From: Macrostomum lignano
Lineage: Eukaryota
DNA length: 53,472 bases
Reading direction: 5' to 3'
Assembly (NCBI GenBank): GCA_002269645.1
Contig: NIVC01000828.1
Location: 1-53,472, forward strand
Shown here: positions 12,554-24,500 of the stretch, piece after piece
How positions within the stretch are numbered: the stretch's first letter is position 1
How the letters are laid out: each line of letters begins with the position of its first letter
Notes under the pieces: model-generated
Database searches by the model: none
The model's input: the letters and a program-made list of their open reading frames with translations, nothing else
What the model was told of the DNA's origin: nothing
Position numbers and translations under genes: made by a program

Positions 12554-15500
12554 AATTCAACCTGGCCTCGTTGATAAGTGCAGCAGCACCGAAAGCTGCT
12601 GCCGCTGCAGCCGCCGACGCCTGGTTGTCAGTCCATGCCGGCTCCATCGCCAGCAGCCGGCTGGGCTGCAGTCAGCAGGCCCTACGGAAGCAGGACATCG
12701 ACCAGAAGATTCTGCTGAACCAAATCGACGAGTTGGACGCCAGGCTGTCCAAATTGAACGATGCGGCAGTCAGCAGCGCCTATGCCGAGCGGTTCAACAA
12801 AGCACGGAGCGATGTGGCCAGCAATCAGAGCGCCATTGCCTACCTGCGCCAGATAGCCAGCCTCGAGGACGTCCTGTCTGAGTCGTGTCGCCGGGCTGCC
12901 GATCAGGCCATCGGCTTGTCTCAAGGACAGGCGGCGGCCTCCAGCTTCGACAGCAGCAGCGGCAGGGTGAGTCTGGGGGGGGGCGTCGCCTAGGGGGGAC
13001 TGGGGGGACAAGGAGGATATGCGAATTTGAGCAGCTTTGAGTACATCTCTTCTTTCACTTTGCCCTTGGGGATTTGAGCAGCTTTGAGTACATCTCTTCT
13101 TTCACTTTGCCCTTGGGGATTTGAGCAGCTTTGAGTACATCTCTTCTTTCACTTTGCCCTTGGGGATTTGAGCAGCTGTGAGTACATCTCTTCTTTCACT
13201 TTGCCCTTGGGGATTTGAGCAGCTGTGAGTACATCTCTTCTTTCACTTTGCCCTTGGGGATTTGAGCAGCTTTGAGTACATCTCTTCTTTCACTTTGCCC
13301 TTGGGGATTTGAGCAGCTGTGAGTACATCTCTTCTTTCACTTTGCCCTTGGGGATTTGAGCAGCTTTGAGTACATCTCTTCTTTCACTTTGCCCTTGGGG
13401 ATTTGAGCAGCTTTGAGTACATCTCTTCTTTCACTTTGCCCTTGGGGATTTGAGCAGCTGTGAGTACATCTCTTCTTTCACTTTGCCCTTGAGGATTTGA
13501 GCAGCTGTGAGTACATCTCTTCTTTCACTTTGCCCTTGAGGATTTGAGCAGCTGTGAGTACATCTCTTCTTTCACTTTGCCCTTGGGGATTTGAGCAGCT
13601 GTGAGTACATCTCTTCTTTCACTTTGCCCTTGGGGATTTGAGCAGCTGTGAGTACATCTCTTCTTTCAATCTTGCTTGGGAAATTGAGCAACTTTTTTTA
13701 CTTAATTTCTGTAGAAGAAGAACTCAAAGGCTTGGCCATCACCCCCACAATTCGCATTCAACAGCTAATCAGCAGTGAGGTGTTGCAGACCTGGGAATGG
13801 GTGACTCGGCTCGCCGAGCTGACCCAGCTGCACCTGAAGAACTCGGCAGATTATCACTCGTTCTACCACGACGCCAACGAGCTGGACGGACTGATCAACT
13901 CGCGAAAGCTGACTAACGCTCAAGTCATTGGTTCGATTCCGCCAACAGGACAGCTGAGCTCTATGCAGCGGATGAACACGGTCTTGAGTGTGAGTTTCTA
14001 ACGTGGAGATTGATGCGACTGTAAAGTGGCCAAAGTCCAAGGATTCGGGAGGATCTTCCAAGGATACATAATAACTGTAGGACTGGAAAGTAGCAAATCA
14101 TGGCACCAGGGGCTTTAGCATCAGGGGCTTTAGCACCACGGGCTTTAGCACCAGGGGCTTTAGCACCAGGGGCTTTAGCACCAGGGGCTTTAGCACCAGG
14201 GGCTTTAGTACCAGGGCTTTAGCACCAGGGGCTTTAGCACCAGGGGCTTTAGCACCAGGGGCTTTAGCACCAGGGGCTTTAGCACCAGGGGCTTTAGCAC
14301 CACGGGCTTTAGCACCAGGGGATTTAGCACCAGGGGCTTTAGTACCAGGGGCTTTAGCACTAGGGGCTTTAGCACCAGGGGCTTTAGCACCAGGGGCTTT
14401 AGCACCACGGGCTTTAGCACCAGGGGCTTTAGTACCAGGGGCTTTAGCACCAGGGGATTTAGCACCAGGGGCTTTAGCACCAGGGGCTTTAGCACCAGGG
14501 GCTTTAGCACCAGGGGCTTTAGCACCAGGGGCTTTAGCACCAGGGGATTTAGCACCAGGGGCTTTAGCACCAGGGGCTTTAGCACCAGGGGCTTTAGTAC
14601 CAGGGGCTTTAGCACCAGGGGCTTTAGCACCAGGGGCTTTAGCACCAGGGGCTTTAGCACTAAATGTTTGTGCAATATAGCATATAAAAAGTATTGAACA
14701 GTTATGGAAGTAAAAAATGTTATTATTTTTTCTCCCTATTTTGCAGGACAATTTTTCGAATTTCCTCATGCTATGGCAGCGAGCTGACCAGCTCGTGTCG
14801 CGCAGTCATCGAATTGTCCCGGTTTACCGGCGCAATCAACCGCTGGAGACGCCTCATCCGGGACGTAACATCTTCCGGTTTGATGACGGAGAGGTGAGAG
14901 TGCCATTTGTCGGAGAGTGTTTAGTAGTGTCGGAGAGTGTTTAGTAGTGTCGGAGAGTGTTTAGTAGTGTCGGAGAGTGTTTAGTAGTGCCGGAGGGTGT
15001 TTAGTAGTGTCGGAGACTGTTTAGTAGTGTCGGAGAGTGTTAATTATTGTCGGTGGTGTTTAGTAGTGTTGGAGTGTGTTTAGTAGTGTCGGAGAGTGTT
15101 TAGTAGTGTGGGAGAGTGTTTAGTAGTGTCGGAGAGTGTTTAGTAGTGTCGGAGAGTGTTTATTACTGTCGGAGAGTTTTTAAGAATATCGTCGAATGAA
15201 TTCACTGTTAAAATATTCGATGATGTTTCATAATGTCCTGTAATAAGATTCGAAGAAGGCATGTAGTATCGTACAAGTATTTATCTTGTAGGAGAATGTT
15301 TACACTGTATGAGTGTTTATACGAGAGTAAATGTAGTCTTTATAAGTTTACAAGAGTTTTTTCTGTAAACTCCAACGTTCGTTCGTCCTACAGAACACGT
15401 TGCTGGATTCGGAAGAAGTCGCGGTGCTTGACAATACGAAGCCGTTGACCTGGAAGGTGCGAAAAACTGACGGCACAGTGATGGAGGTGCCCAGCATCTG

Positions 15501-18500
15501 CATCTGGCTGCCGCCACCCGACACAGAGTCTGGGGAAGTGGCTCTCGTGTAAGTGACCTCGGTGATTTGCTCAGATCAGCTGTCACACTCATTTTTTGTT
15601 TGCTCTGTTGTGGGATTGCTCCTAAGATTCTGTAGGATGAGATGCTCTGTTGCGGGCTTGCTCCTAAGATTCTGTAGGATGAGATGCTCTGTTGCGGGCT
15701 TGTTCCTAAGATTCTGTAGGATGAGATGCTCTGTAGCGGGCTTGCTCCTAAGATTCTGTAGGATGAGATGCTCTGTAGCGGGCTTGCTCCTAAGATTCTG
15801 TAGGATGAGATGCTCTGTTGCGGGCTTGTTCCTAAGATTCTGTAGGATGAGATGCTCTGTTGTGGGCTTGTTCCTAAGATTCTGTAGGATGAGATGCTCT
15901 GTTGTGGGATTGTTCCTAAGATTCTGTAGGATGAGATGCTCTGTTGTGGGATTGTTCCTAAGATTCTGTAGGATGAGATGCTCTGTTGTGGGATTGTTCC
16001 TAAGATTCTGTAGGATGAGATGCTCTGTTGTGGGATTGTTCCTAAGATTCTGTAGGATGAGATGCTTTTTGGGTTTGTTCCTAAGATCCTGTAGGACAAA
16101 AGTCATTTGGCTTTTGTCGAATCGGTGACTCGTAACTCTGGATACCATGGTATCTTCTGGGTGGATTAGTCTAGACTAGGAATTCAGAAGGTGAGCTGGG
16201 AGGAGGCGGATGAACCCTGAACGCTAATATATTCATGTGCATGTTTCCTATAACGCGTAACTCTGGATATCGTCTGGGTGGATTAGTCTAGACTAGGAAT
16301 TCAGAAGGTGAGCTGGGAGGAGGCGGATGAGCACTGAACGCTAATATATTCATGTGTATGTTTCCTATATAATGATCCCATTTCATTGGTGTTTATGAAA
16401 TGGGATATTTACTGTCGCACAAGCCATGCGCTGCGCATTCCAGATAGAAAAAAATGTTCTATAGTTCACGTTAGATTACAGAATATGATTGGGCATAGCA
16501 TGTCTGAATTGGAATCACCTCAAGGCGTACTTTGTATCCATGTAATGCATTTCAGCATTCGCAAGAAGTTGTTGAACGCGTGGGCGGCCCTGCTCAGCAA
16601 ATCCAGGGCCTGGCTGGTCAGCTGTTACACCGCCTATTTGCGAAGCCTCGGCCACGGTTCAGTGGTAAGTCCTTGATATTTAGCCAGTAGTGTTTATAAA
16701 TCATGTAGAAAACAACGATTGATACGCTTGGAAATTTCAGCCCGTGTTCTCTAAACTGTTGCCTCAAGTTCGGGAGTTTCTGAACCACCTGGAACGAGCC
16801 TCTGGTGACATCCTGATCGACGTCGAAGGTCGACAGCAGTTGATGAATGCGCTGCGAGTTGTTCGTAATAATCTTGTCGCCTGCGGTGAGCTGCTGAGAC
16901 CACGTGCTCAGTTTTTCATGACAATATTTATCGTTATCGTATCTTTTTCGGATCTGGGTGTGGGTGCCATTTCTGAATGGAACCTGATAGTGAATGTAAT
17001 TTCTGATTATGCATGCCATTTCTGATGGTGAATGCCATTTCTGATGGTGAATGCCATTTCTGATGGTGAATGCCATTTCTGATGGTGAATGCCATTTCTG
17101 ATGGTGAATGCCATTTCTGATGGTGAATGCCATTTCTGATGGTGAATGCCATTTCTGATGGTGAATGCCATTTCTGATGGTGAATGCCATTTCTGATGGT
17201 GAATGCCATTTCTGATGGTGAATGCCATTTCTGATGTTTAATGCCATTTCTGATGGTGAATGCCATTTCTGATGGTGAATGCCATTTCTGATGGTGAACG
17301 CCATTTCTGAATCGGGTCTGATGGTGAACGCCATTTCTGAATCAGATCTGATGGTGAACGCCATTTCTGAATCAGATCTGATGGTGAACGCCATTTCTGA
17401 ATCAGATCTGATGGTGAACGCCATTTCTGAATCAGATCTGATGGTGAACGCCATTTCTGAATCAGATCTGATGGTGAATGCCATTTCTGATGGTGAACGC
17501 CATTTCTGAATCAGATCTGATGGTGAATGCCATTTCTGATGGTGAACGCCATTTCTGAATCGGGTCTGATGGTGAACGCCATTTCTGAATCAGATCAGAT
17601 GGTGAACGCCATTTCTGAATCAGATCTGATGGTGAACGCCATTTCTGAATAGAATCTGATGCCAAGTTGGATTCCTGGTGTGACTGTTCCTTCAGATATA
17701 AAAATTTGTAACCAATAAAAAATCTAGGCCATTTTAAATAAAAGTAAACAGAATAAATTTGCAGCACATTACCTATTAGTAACAGTCTTCAGTGTTAAAC
17801 AACACGCAATAAAATCCCGAATTTCGAATCAGACTCCGAGGAGCAGAGCGCTGTCCGAGAGAGTGAGCTATCGCGACAAAAATCGTTGCTGCAGAAACTG
17901 ATGGACCACCTAAAACACTGGAAGCACCTGAGGGAGCAGGTCGATTTTTCCACCCCGGATCAACGGACTCTGTTGAAAGAGACTACTAATGTGCTGTCGG
18001 CATTCAGCGCTATGAAGTAAGCTTGAAAAAAGCCTTCGCGTTGCTTTCTATCTGGGTAATTGTTTCGGTTGACGAGCAGTCCTATTGTTTCAAAGTTAAC
18101 CAAAGTTGGCTAGTACTAAGCCACCACCTTGCTGCCTTCGAGTAATTCTTAGCATCGAGCTGCCGTAGGAGCTCAAATTCTCAGTAGTTCTCAGTAGTTC
18201 TTAGTAGTTCTCAGTAGTTCTTAGTAGTTCTCAGTAGTTCTCAATAGATCTCCGTAACTCTCAGTAGTTCTCAGTAGTTCTCAGTAGTTCGCAGTAGTTC
18301 TCAGTAGTTCTCAGTAGTTCTCAGTAGTTCGCAGTAGTTCTCAGTAGTTCTCAGTAGTTCTCAGTAGTTCTCAGATAGTTCTCAGTAGTTCTCAGTAGTT
18401 CTCAGTAGTTCTCAGTAGTTCTTAGTAGTTCTCAGATTGTTCTCAATAGTTCTCAGTAGTTCTCAGTAGTTCTTAGTAGTTCTTAGTAGTTCTCAGATAG

Positions 18501-21500
18501 TTCTCAGTAGTTCTCAGTAGTTCCAGTAGTTCTCAATAGTTCTCCGTAACTCTCAGTAGTTCTCAGTAGTTCTCAGTAGTTCTCAATAGTTCTCCGTAAC
18601 TCTCAGTAGTTCTCAGTAGTTCTCAGTAGTTCTCAATAGATCTCCGTAACTCTCAGTAGTTCTCAGTAGTTCTCAGTAATTCTCAATAGATCTCCGTAAC
18701 TCTCAGTAGTTCTCAGTAGTTCTCAGATAGTTCTCAGTAGTTCTCAGTAGTTCTCAGTAGTTCTCAGTAGTTCTCAGTAGTTCTCAGTAGTTCTCAGTAG
18801 TTCTCAGTAGTTCTCAGTAGTTCTCAGTAGTTTTCAGTAGTTCTCAGTAGTTCTCAGTAGTTCTCAGTAGTTCTCAGTAGTTCTCAGTAGTTTTCAGTAG
18901 TTCTCAGTAGTTCTCAGTAGTTCTCAATAGTTCTCAGTAATTCTCAATAGTTCTCCGTAACTCTCAGTAGTTCTCAGTAGTTCTCAGTAGTTCTCAGATA
19001 GTTCTCAGTAGTTCTTAGTAGTCAGTGAGCTTATTATGGCCTCTTAAATTTGTCTATCAAAACTCTTACAGCCAGTTCCAGAGCGACAGCATGTCCCAAA
19101 TAGAAGAGCTTCAGGCTAGAATAGACGAATGGCAGTTCCACAGTCCTCTATCGAGAGCCTCGTCCGCTAGGCAAAGCGATGTTCTGGTACGTAAAAATCA
19201 AGCTCAAAAATATAGATTTTCTGAGGAAACTAAAGCGAAACCAATGAAATTTTATAGGAAGCAGTAGCTTCGCGACTCGACAGAGACGTCAGTAACGAGC
19301 GCAGGCCTGGTTGGGAGGCAGACAGACGTGACATGCTCACGTACAACTTAATGTCGGAGACTGTTCAGCACTCCAGGCTTAGCGAGCACTGGCCCAGCAG
19401 CAAGTCAGTCACAAGCTGCGCCACTCAAACCGACGTGGCGACTGATAGAGATAAAGACAAAGACAAAGACTGGTCAAAGCATGTGGACGCATTTTCAAGC
19501 AACGCCCATCAGAAAAGTGTTCAACCAACGCACAGCGCCGAAACTGTTAGCATAGTTTACAGTTACATTGAAGAAAACGAGGAGGAAGTGAAGGAATATC
19601 TTAGACAGAAGTGCCCTCATCCGATTGTCAACGCAACGTCAGCTGATTGGACAGTAGCCAAAGACGAAGAGTCAACAGATCAGCTGGACAGTCGGCAAAG
19701 CTTCAAGGTTGCGACGTCAAGGCAACCAATGATAGAGACAGTCGGTGTTGATTGTCAAACCGAACTACCGACATTGGCGACGACGGAGCTTCGTTTCGAA
19801 CGAGCTTTTGCCGATGGGAATGCTATTGGTCGCCAGCGCACAATCGAGGCCAGCGTTGCTTGTAAGCCTGCGGATAAATCGCTGACGCGGGACACGGAGA
19901 GCCGATTCGCGATAGATAAAAGCAGCACCGAAACAGCGACAGTAAACTTAGAATACTTTACAAGCAATGTACTGGTCACAACACCGTCGCTCATGGTCAC
20001 CGCAACAGGCACCTTCATTGAAGACGAAATCATCGAAGTGCCAGAAAAAGCAAAACAGCTAAAAGCTGGCGTTCCAAAAGAACCAACCAAATTAATTGAT
20101 GCATGCGTAGGTTTTCAACAGGAAACCGTGGTAGCCGAATGTCAAAGCTTCGTTGAAACACCCTACATTGAAAGTACAGTCCAAGCCAAGAGAACCGTAA
20201 GCGACTCCAGCGTAAGCCATGAAGTCTCCCTAAAAGAAGGTTCAATCAGTATCAGAATGCAACCAAAGTTGTCGGAAGCAGGAACTTTCCTTGAAACACA
20301 GTCTCACGAAAACACCGTGAAAACGAAACGTTCCGTCTGTGATTCCATGATCAGAATCAAAGCCGCGGTAGTTGATAACTGCGTGACTACAAGCCCTCAG
20401 AATTCAGCAAAAAGCTGCGCCAGCTCGCTTGAGCTCGAGTACGAAGCCGCTGGCATACAAGTAAAGCAGGCCGTTTCTGAAATGGGCTCTTGTGAGCAAA
20501 TCCTTACGGCCGACGGGGGCATGAGATACAAGGACGAGCCGAAACTGGAAGCGTGCGCCAGCTCGCTCGAGTTCTCCTTCGAGCATGGCTCGTCTCGAGC
20601 AGCGTCCGTCGTCAAAGAGGCTTCTGTACAAGTCAATCAGCCAGTCGGAGCCATGGGAGCGTTCGACGAAGTGCTCACAGCCGACGGCGGCATGAGATAC
20701 AAGGACGAGCCAAAACTGGAAGCATGCGCCAGCTCGCTTGAGCTCGAGTACGAAGCCGCTGGCATACAAGTAAAGCAGGCCGTTTCTGAAATGGGCTCTT
20801 GTGAGCAAACCCTTACGGCCGACGGGGGCATGAGATACAAGGACGAGCCGAAACTGGAAGCGTGCGCCAGCTCGCTCGAGTTCTCCTTCGAGCATGGCTC
20901 GGCTCGAGCTGCGTCCATCGTCAAAGAGGCTTCTGTACAAGTCAATCAGCCAGTCGGAGCCATGGGAGCGTTCGACGAAGTGCTCACAGCCGACGGCGGC
21001 ATGAGATACAAGGACGAGCCGAAACTGGAAGCATGCGCCAGCTCGCTTGAGCTCGAGTACGAAGCCGCTGGCATACAAGTAAAGCAGGCCGTTTCTGAAA
21101 TGGGCTCTTGTGAGCAAATCCTTACGGCCGACGGGGGCATGAGATACAAGGACGAGCCGAAACTGGAAGCGTGCGCCAGCTCGCTCGAGTTCTCCTTCGA
21201 GCATGGCTCGGCTCGAGCAGCGTCCGTCGTCAAAGAGGCTTCTGTACAAGTCAATCAGCCAGTCGGAGCCATGGGAGCGTTCGACGAAGTGCTCACAGCC
21301 GACGGCGGCATGAGATACAAGGACGAGCCGAAACTGGAAGCATGCGCCAGCTCGCTTGAGCTCGAGTACGAAGCCGCTGGCATACAAGTAAAGCAGGCCG
21401 TTTCTGAAATGGGCTCTTGTGAGCAAACCCTTACGGCCGACGGGGGCATGAGATACAAGGACGAGCCGAAACTGGAAGCGTGCGCCAGCTCGCTCGAGTT

Positions 21501-24500
21501 CTCCTTCGAGCATGGCTCGGCTCGAGCAGCGTCCGTCGTCAAAGAGGCTTCTGTACAAGTCAATCAGCCAGTCGGAGCCATGGGAGCGTTCGACGAAGTG
21601 CTCACAGCCGACGGCGGCATGAGATACAAGGACGAGCCGAAACTGGAAGCATGCGCCAGCTCGCTTGAGCTCGAGTACGAAGCCGCTGGCATACAAGTAA
21701 AGCAGGCCGTTTCTGAAATGGGCTCTTGTGAGCAAATCCTTACGGCCGACGGGGGCATGAGATACAAGGACGAGCCGAAACTGGAAGCGTGCGCCAGCTC
21801 GCTCGAGTTCTCCTTCGAGCATGGCTCGGCTCGAGCAGCGTCCGTCGTCAAAGAGGCTTCTGTACAAGTCAATCAGCCAGTCGGAGCCATGGGAGCGTTC
21901 GACGAAGTGCTCACAGCCGACGGCGGCATGAGATACAAGGACGAGCCGAAACTGGAAGCATGCGCCAGCTCGCTTGAGCTCGAGTACGAAGCCGCTGGCA
22001 TACAAGTAAAGCAGGCCGTTTCTGAAATGGGCTCTTGTGAGCAAATCCTTACGGCCGACGGGGGCATGAGATACAAGGACGAGCCGAAACTGGAAGCGTG
22101 CGCCAGCTCGCTCGAGTTCTCCTTCGAGCACGGCTCGGCTCGAGCAGCGTCCGTCGTCAAAGAGGCTTCTGTACAAGTCAATCAGCCAGTCGGAGCCATG
22201 GGAGCGTTCGACGAAGTGCTCACAGCCGACGGCGGCATGAGATACAAGGACGAGCCGAAACTGGAAGCATGCGCCAGCTCGCTTGAGCTCGAGTACGAAG
22301 CCGCTGGCATACAAGTAAAGCAGGCCGTTTCTGAAATGGGCTCTTGTGAGCAAATCCTTACGGCCGACGGGGGCATGAGATACAAGGACGAGCCGAAACT
22401 GGAAGCGTGCGCCAGCTCGCTCGAGTTCTCCTTCGAGCATGGCTCGTCTCGAGCAGCGTCCGTCGTCAAAGAGGCTTCTGTACAAGTCAATCAGCCAGTC
22501 GGAGCCATGGGAGCGTTCGACGAAGTGCTCACAGCCGACGGCGGCATGAGATACAAGGACGAGCCGAAACTGGAAGCATGCGCCAGCTCGCTTGAGCTTG
22601 AGTACGAAGCCGCTGGCATACAAGTAAAGCAGGCCGTTTCTGAAATGGGCTCTTGTGAGCAAATCCTTACGGCCGACGGGGGCATGAGATACAAGGACGA
22701 GCCGAAACTGGAAGCGTGCGCCAGCTCGCTCGAGTTCTCCTTCGAGCATGGCTCGGCTCGAGCAGCGTCCGTCGTCAAAGAGGCTTCTGTACAAGTCAAT
22801 CAGCCAGTCGGAGCCATGGGAGCGTTCGACGAAGTGCTCACAGCCGACGGCGGCATGAGATACAAGGACGAGCCGAAACTGGAAGCATGCGCCAGCTCGC
22901 TTGAGCTCGAGTACGAAGCCGCTGGCATACAAGTAAAGCAGGCCGTTTCTGAAATGGGCTCTTGTGAGCAAATCCTTACGGCCGACGGGGGCATGAGATA
23001 CAAGGACGAGCCGAAACTGGAAGCGTGCGCCAGCTCGCTCGAGTTCTCCTTCGAGCATTGCTCGGCTCGAACAGCGTCCGTCGTCAAAGAGGCTTCTGTA
23101 CAAGTCAATCAGCCAGTCGGAGCCATGGGAGCGTTCGACGAAGTGCTCACAGCCGACGGCGGCATGAGATACAAGGACGAGCCGAAACTGGAAGCATGCG
23201 CCAGCTCGCTTGAGCTCGAGTACGAAGCCGCTGGCATACAAGTAAAGCAGGCCGTTTCTGAAATGGGCTCTTGTGAGCAAATCCTTACGGCCGACGGGGG
23301 CATGAGATACAAGGACGAGCCGAAACTGGAAGCGTGCGCCAGCTCGCTCGAGTTCTCCTTCGAGCATGGCTCGGCTCGAGCAGCGTCCGTCGTCAAAGAG
23401 GCTTCTGTACAAGTCAATCAGCCAGTCGGAGCCATGGGAGCGTTCGACGAAGTGCTCACAGCCGACGGCGGCATGAGATACAAGGACGAGCCAAAACTGG
23501 AAGCATGCGCCAGCTCGCTTGAGCTCGAGTACGAAGCCGCTGGCATACAAGTAAAGCAGGCCGTTTCTGAAATGGGCTCTTGTGAGCAAATCCTTACGGC
23601 CGACGGGGGCATGAGATACAAGGACGAGCCGAAACTGGAAGCGTGCGCCAGCTCGCTCGAGTTCTCCTTCGAGCATGGCTCGGCTCGAGCAGCGTCCGTC
23701 GTCAAAGAGGCTTCTGTACAAGTCAATCAGCCAGTCGGAGCCATGGGAGCGTTCGACGAAGTGCTCACAGCCGACGGCGGCATGAGATACAAGGACGAGC
23801 CGAAACTGGAAGCATGCGCCAGCTCGCTTGAGCTCGAGTACGAAGCCGCTGGCATACAAGTAAAGCAGGCCGTTTCTGAAATGGGCTCTTGTGAGCAAAT
23901 CCTTACGGCCGACGGGGGCATGAGATACAAGGACGAGCCGAAACTGGAAGCGTGCGCCAGCTCGCTCGAGTTCTCCTTCGAGCATGGCTCGGCTCGAGCA
24001 GCGTCCGTCGTCAAAGAGGCTTCTGTACAAGTCAATCAGCCAGTCGGAGCCATGGGAGCGTTCGACGAAGTGCTCACAGCCGACGGCGGCATGAGATACA
24101 AGGACGAGCCGAAACTGGAAGCATGCGCCAGCTCGCTTGAGCTCGAGTACGAAGCCGCTGGCATACAAGTAAAGCAGGCCGTTTCTGAAATGGGCTCTTG
24201 TGAGCAAATCCTTACGGCCGACGGGGGCATGAGATACAAGGACGAGCCGAAACTGGAAGCGTGCGCCAGCTCGCTCGAGTTCTCCTTCGAGCATGGCTCG
24301 GCTCGAGCAGCGTCCGTCGTCAAAGAGGCTTCTGTACAAGTCAATCAGCCAGTCGGAGCCATGGGAGCGTTCGACGAAGTGCTCACAGCCGACGGCGGCA
24401 TGAGATACAAGGACGAGCCGAAACTGGAAGCATGCGCCAGCTCGCTTGAGCTCGAGTACGAAGCCGCTGGCATACAAGTAAAGCAGGCCGTTTCTGAAAT

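Noticed and set aside
14098-14769. (PGAKA)n / (LKPLV)n ORFs here and at 40311-41822, resembling elastin- or H1-like proteins
   Set aside because: These are translations of a 15-bp intronic minisatellite lying between phase-matched exons, with frame-breaking unit variants.
16167-16290. Perfect 12-bp palindrome TAGTCTAGACTA (two copies) and a 9-bp inverted repeat at 35138-35166
   Set aside because: Short enough to arise by chance; the second copy is explained by the local duplication, and there are no element features.
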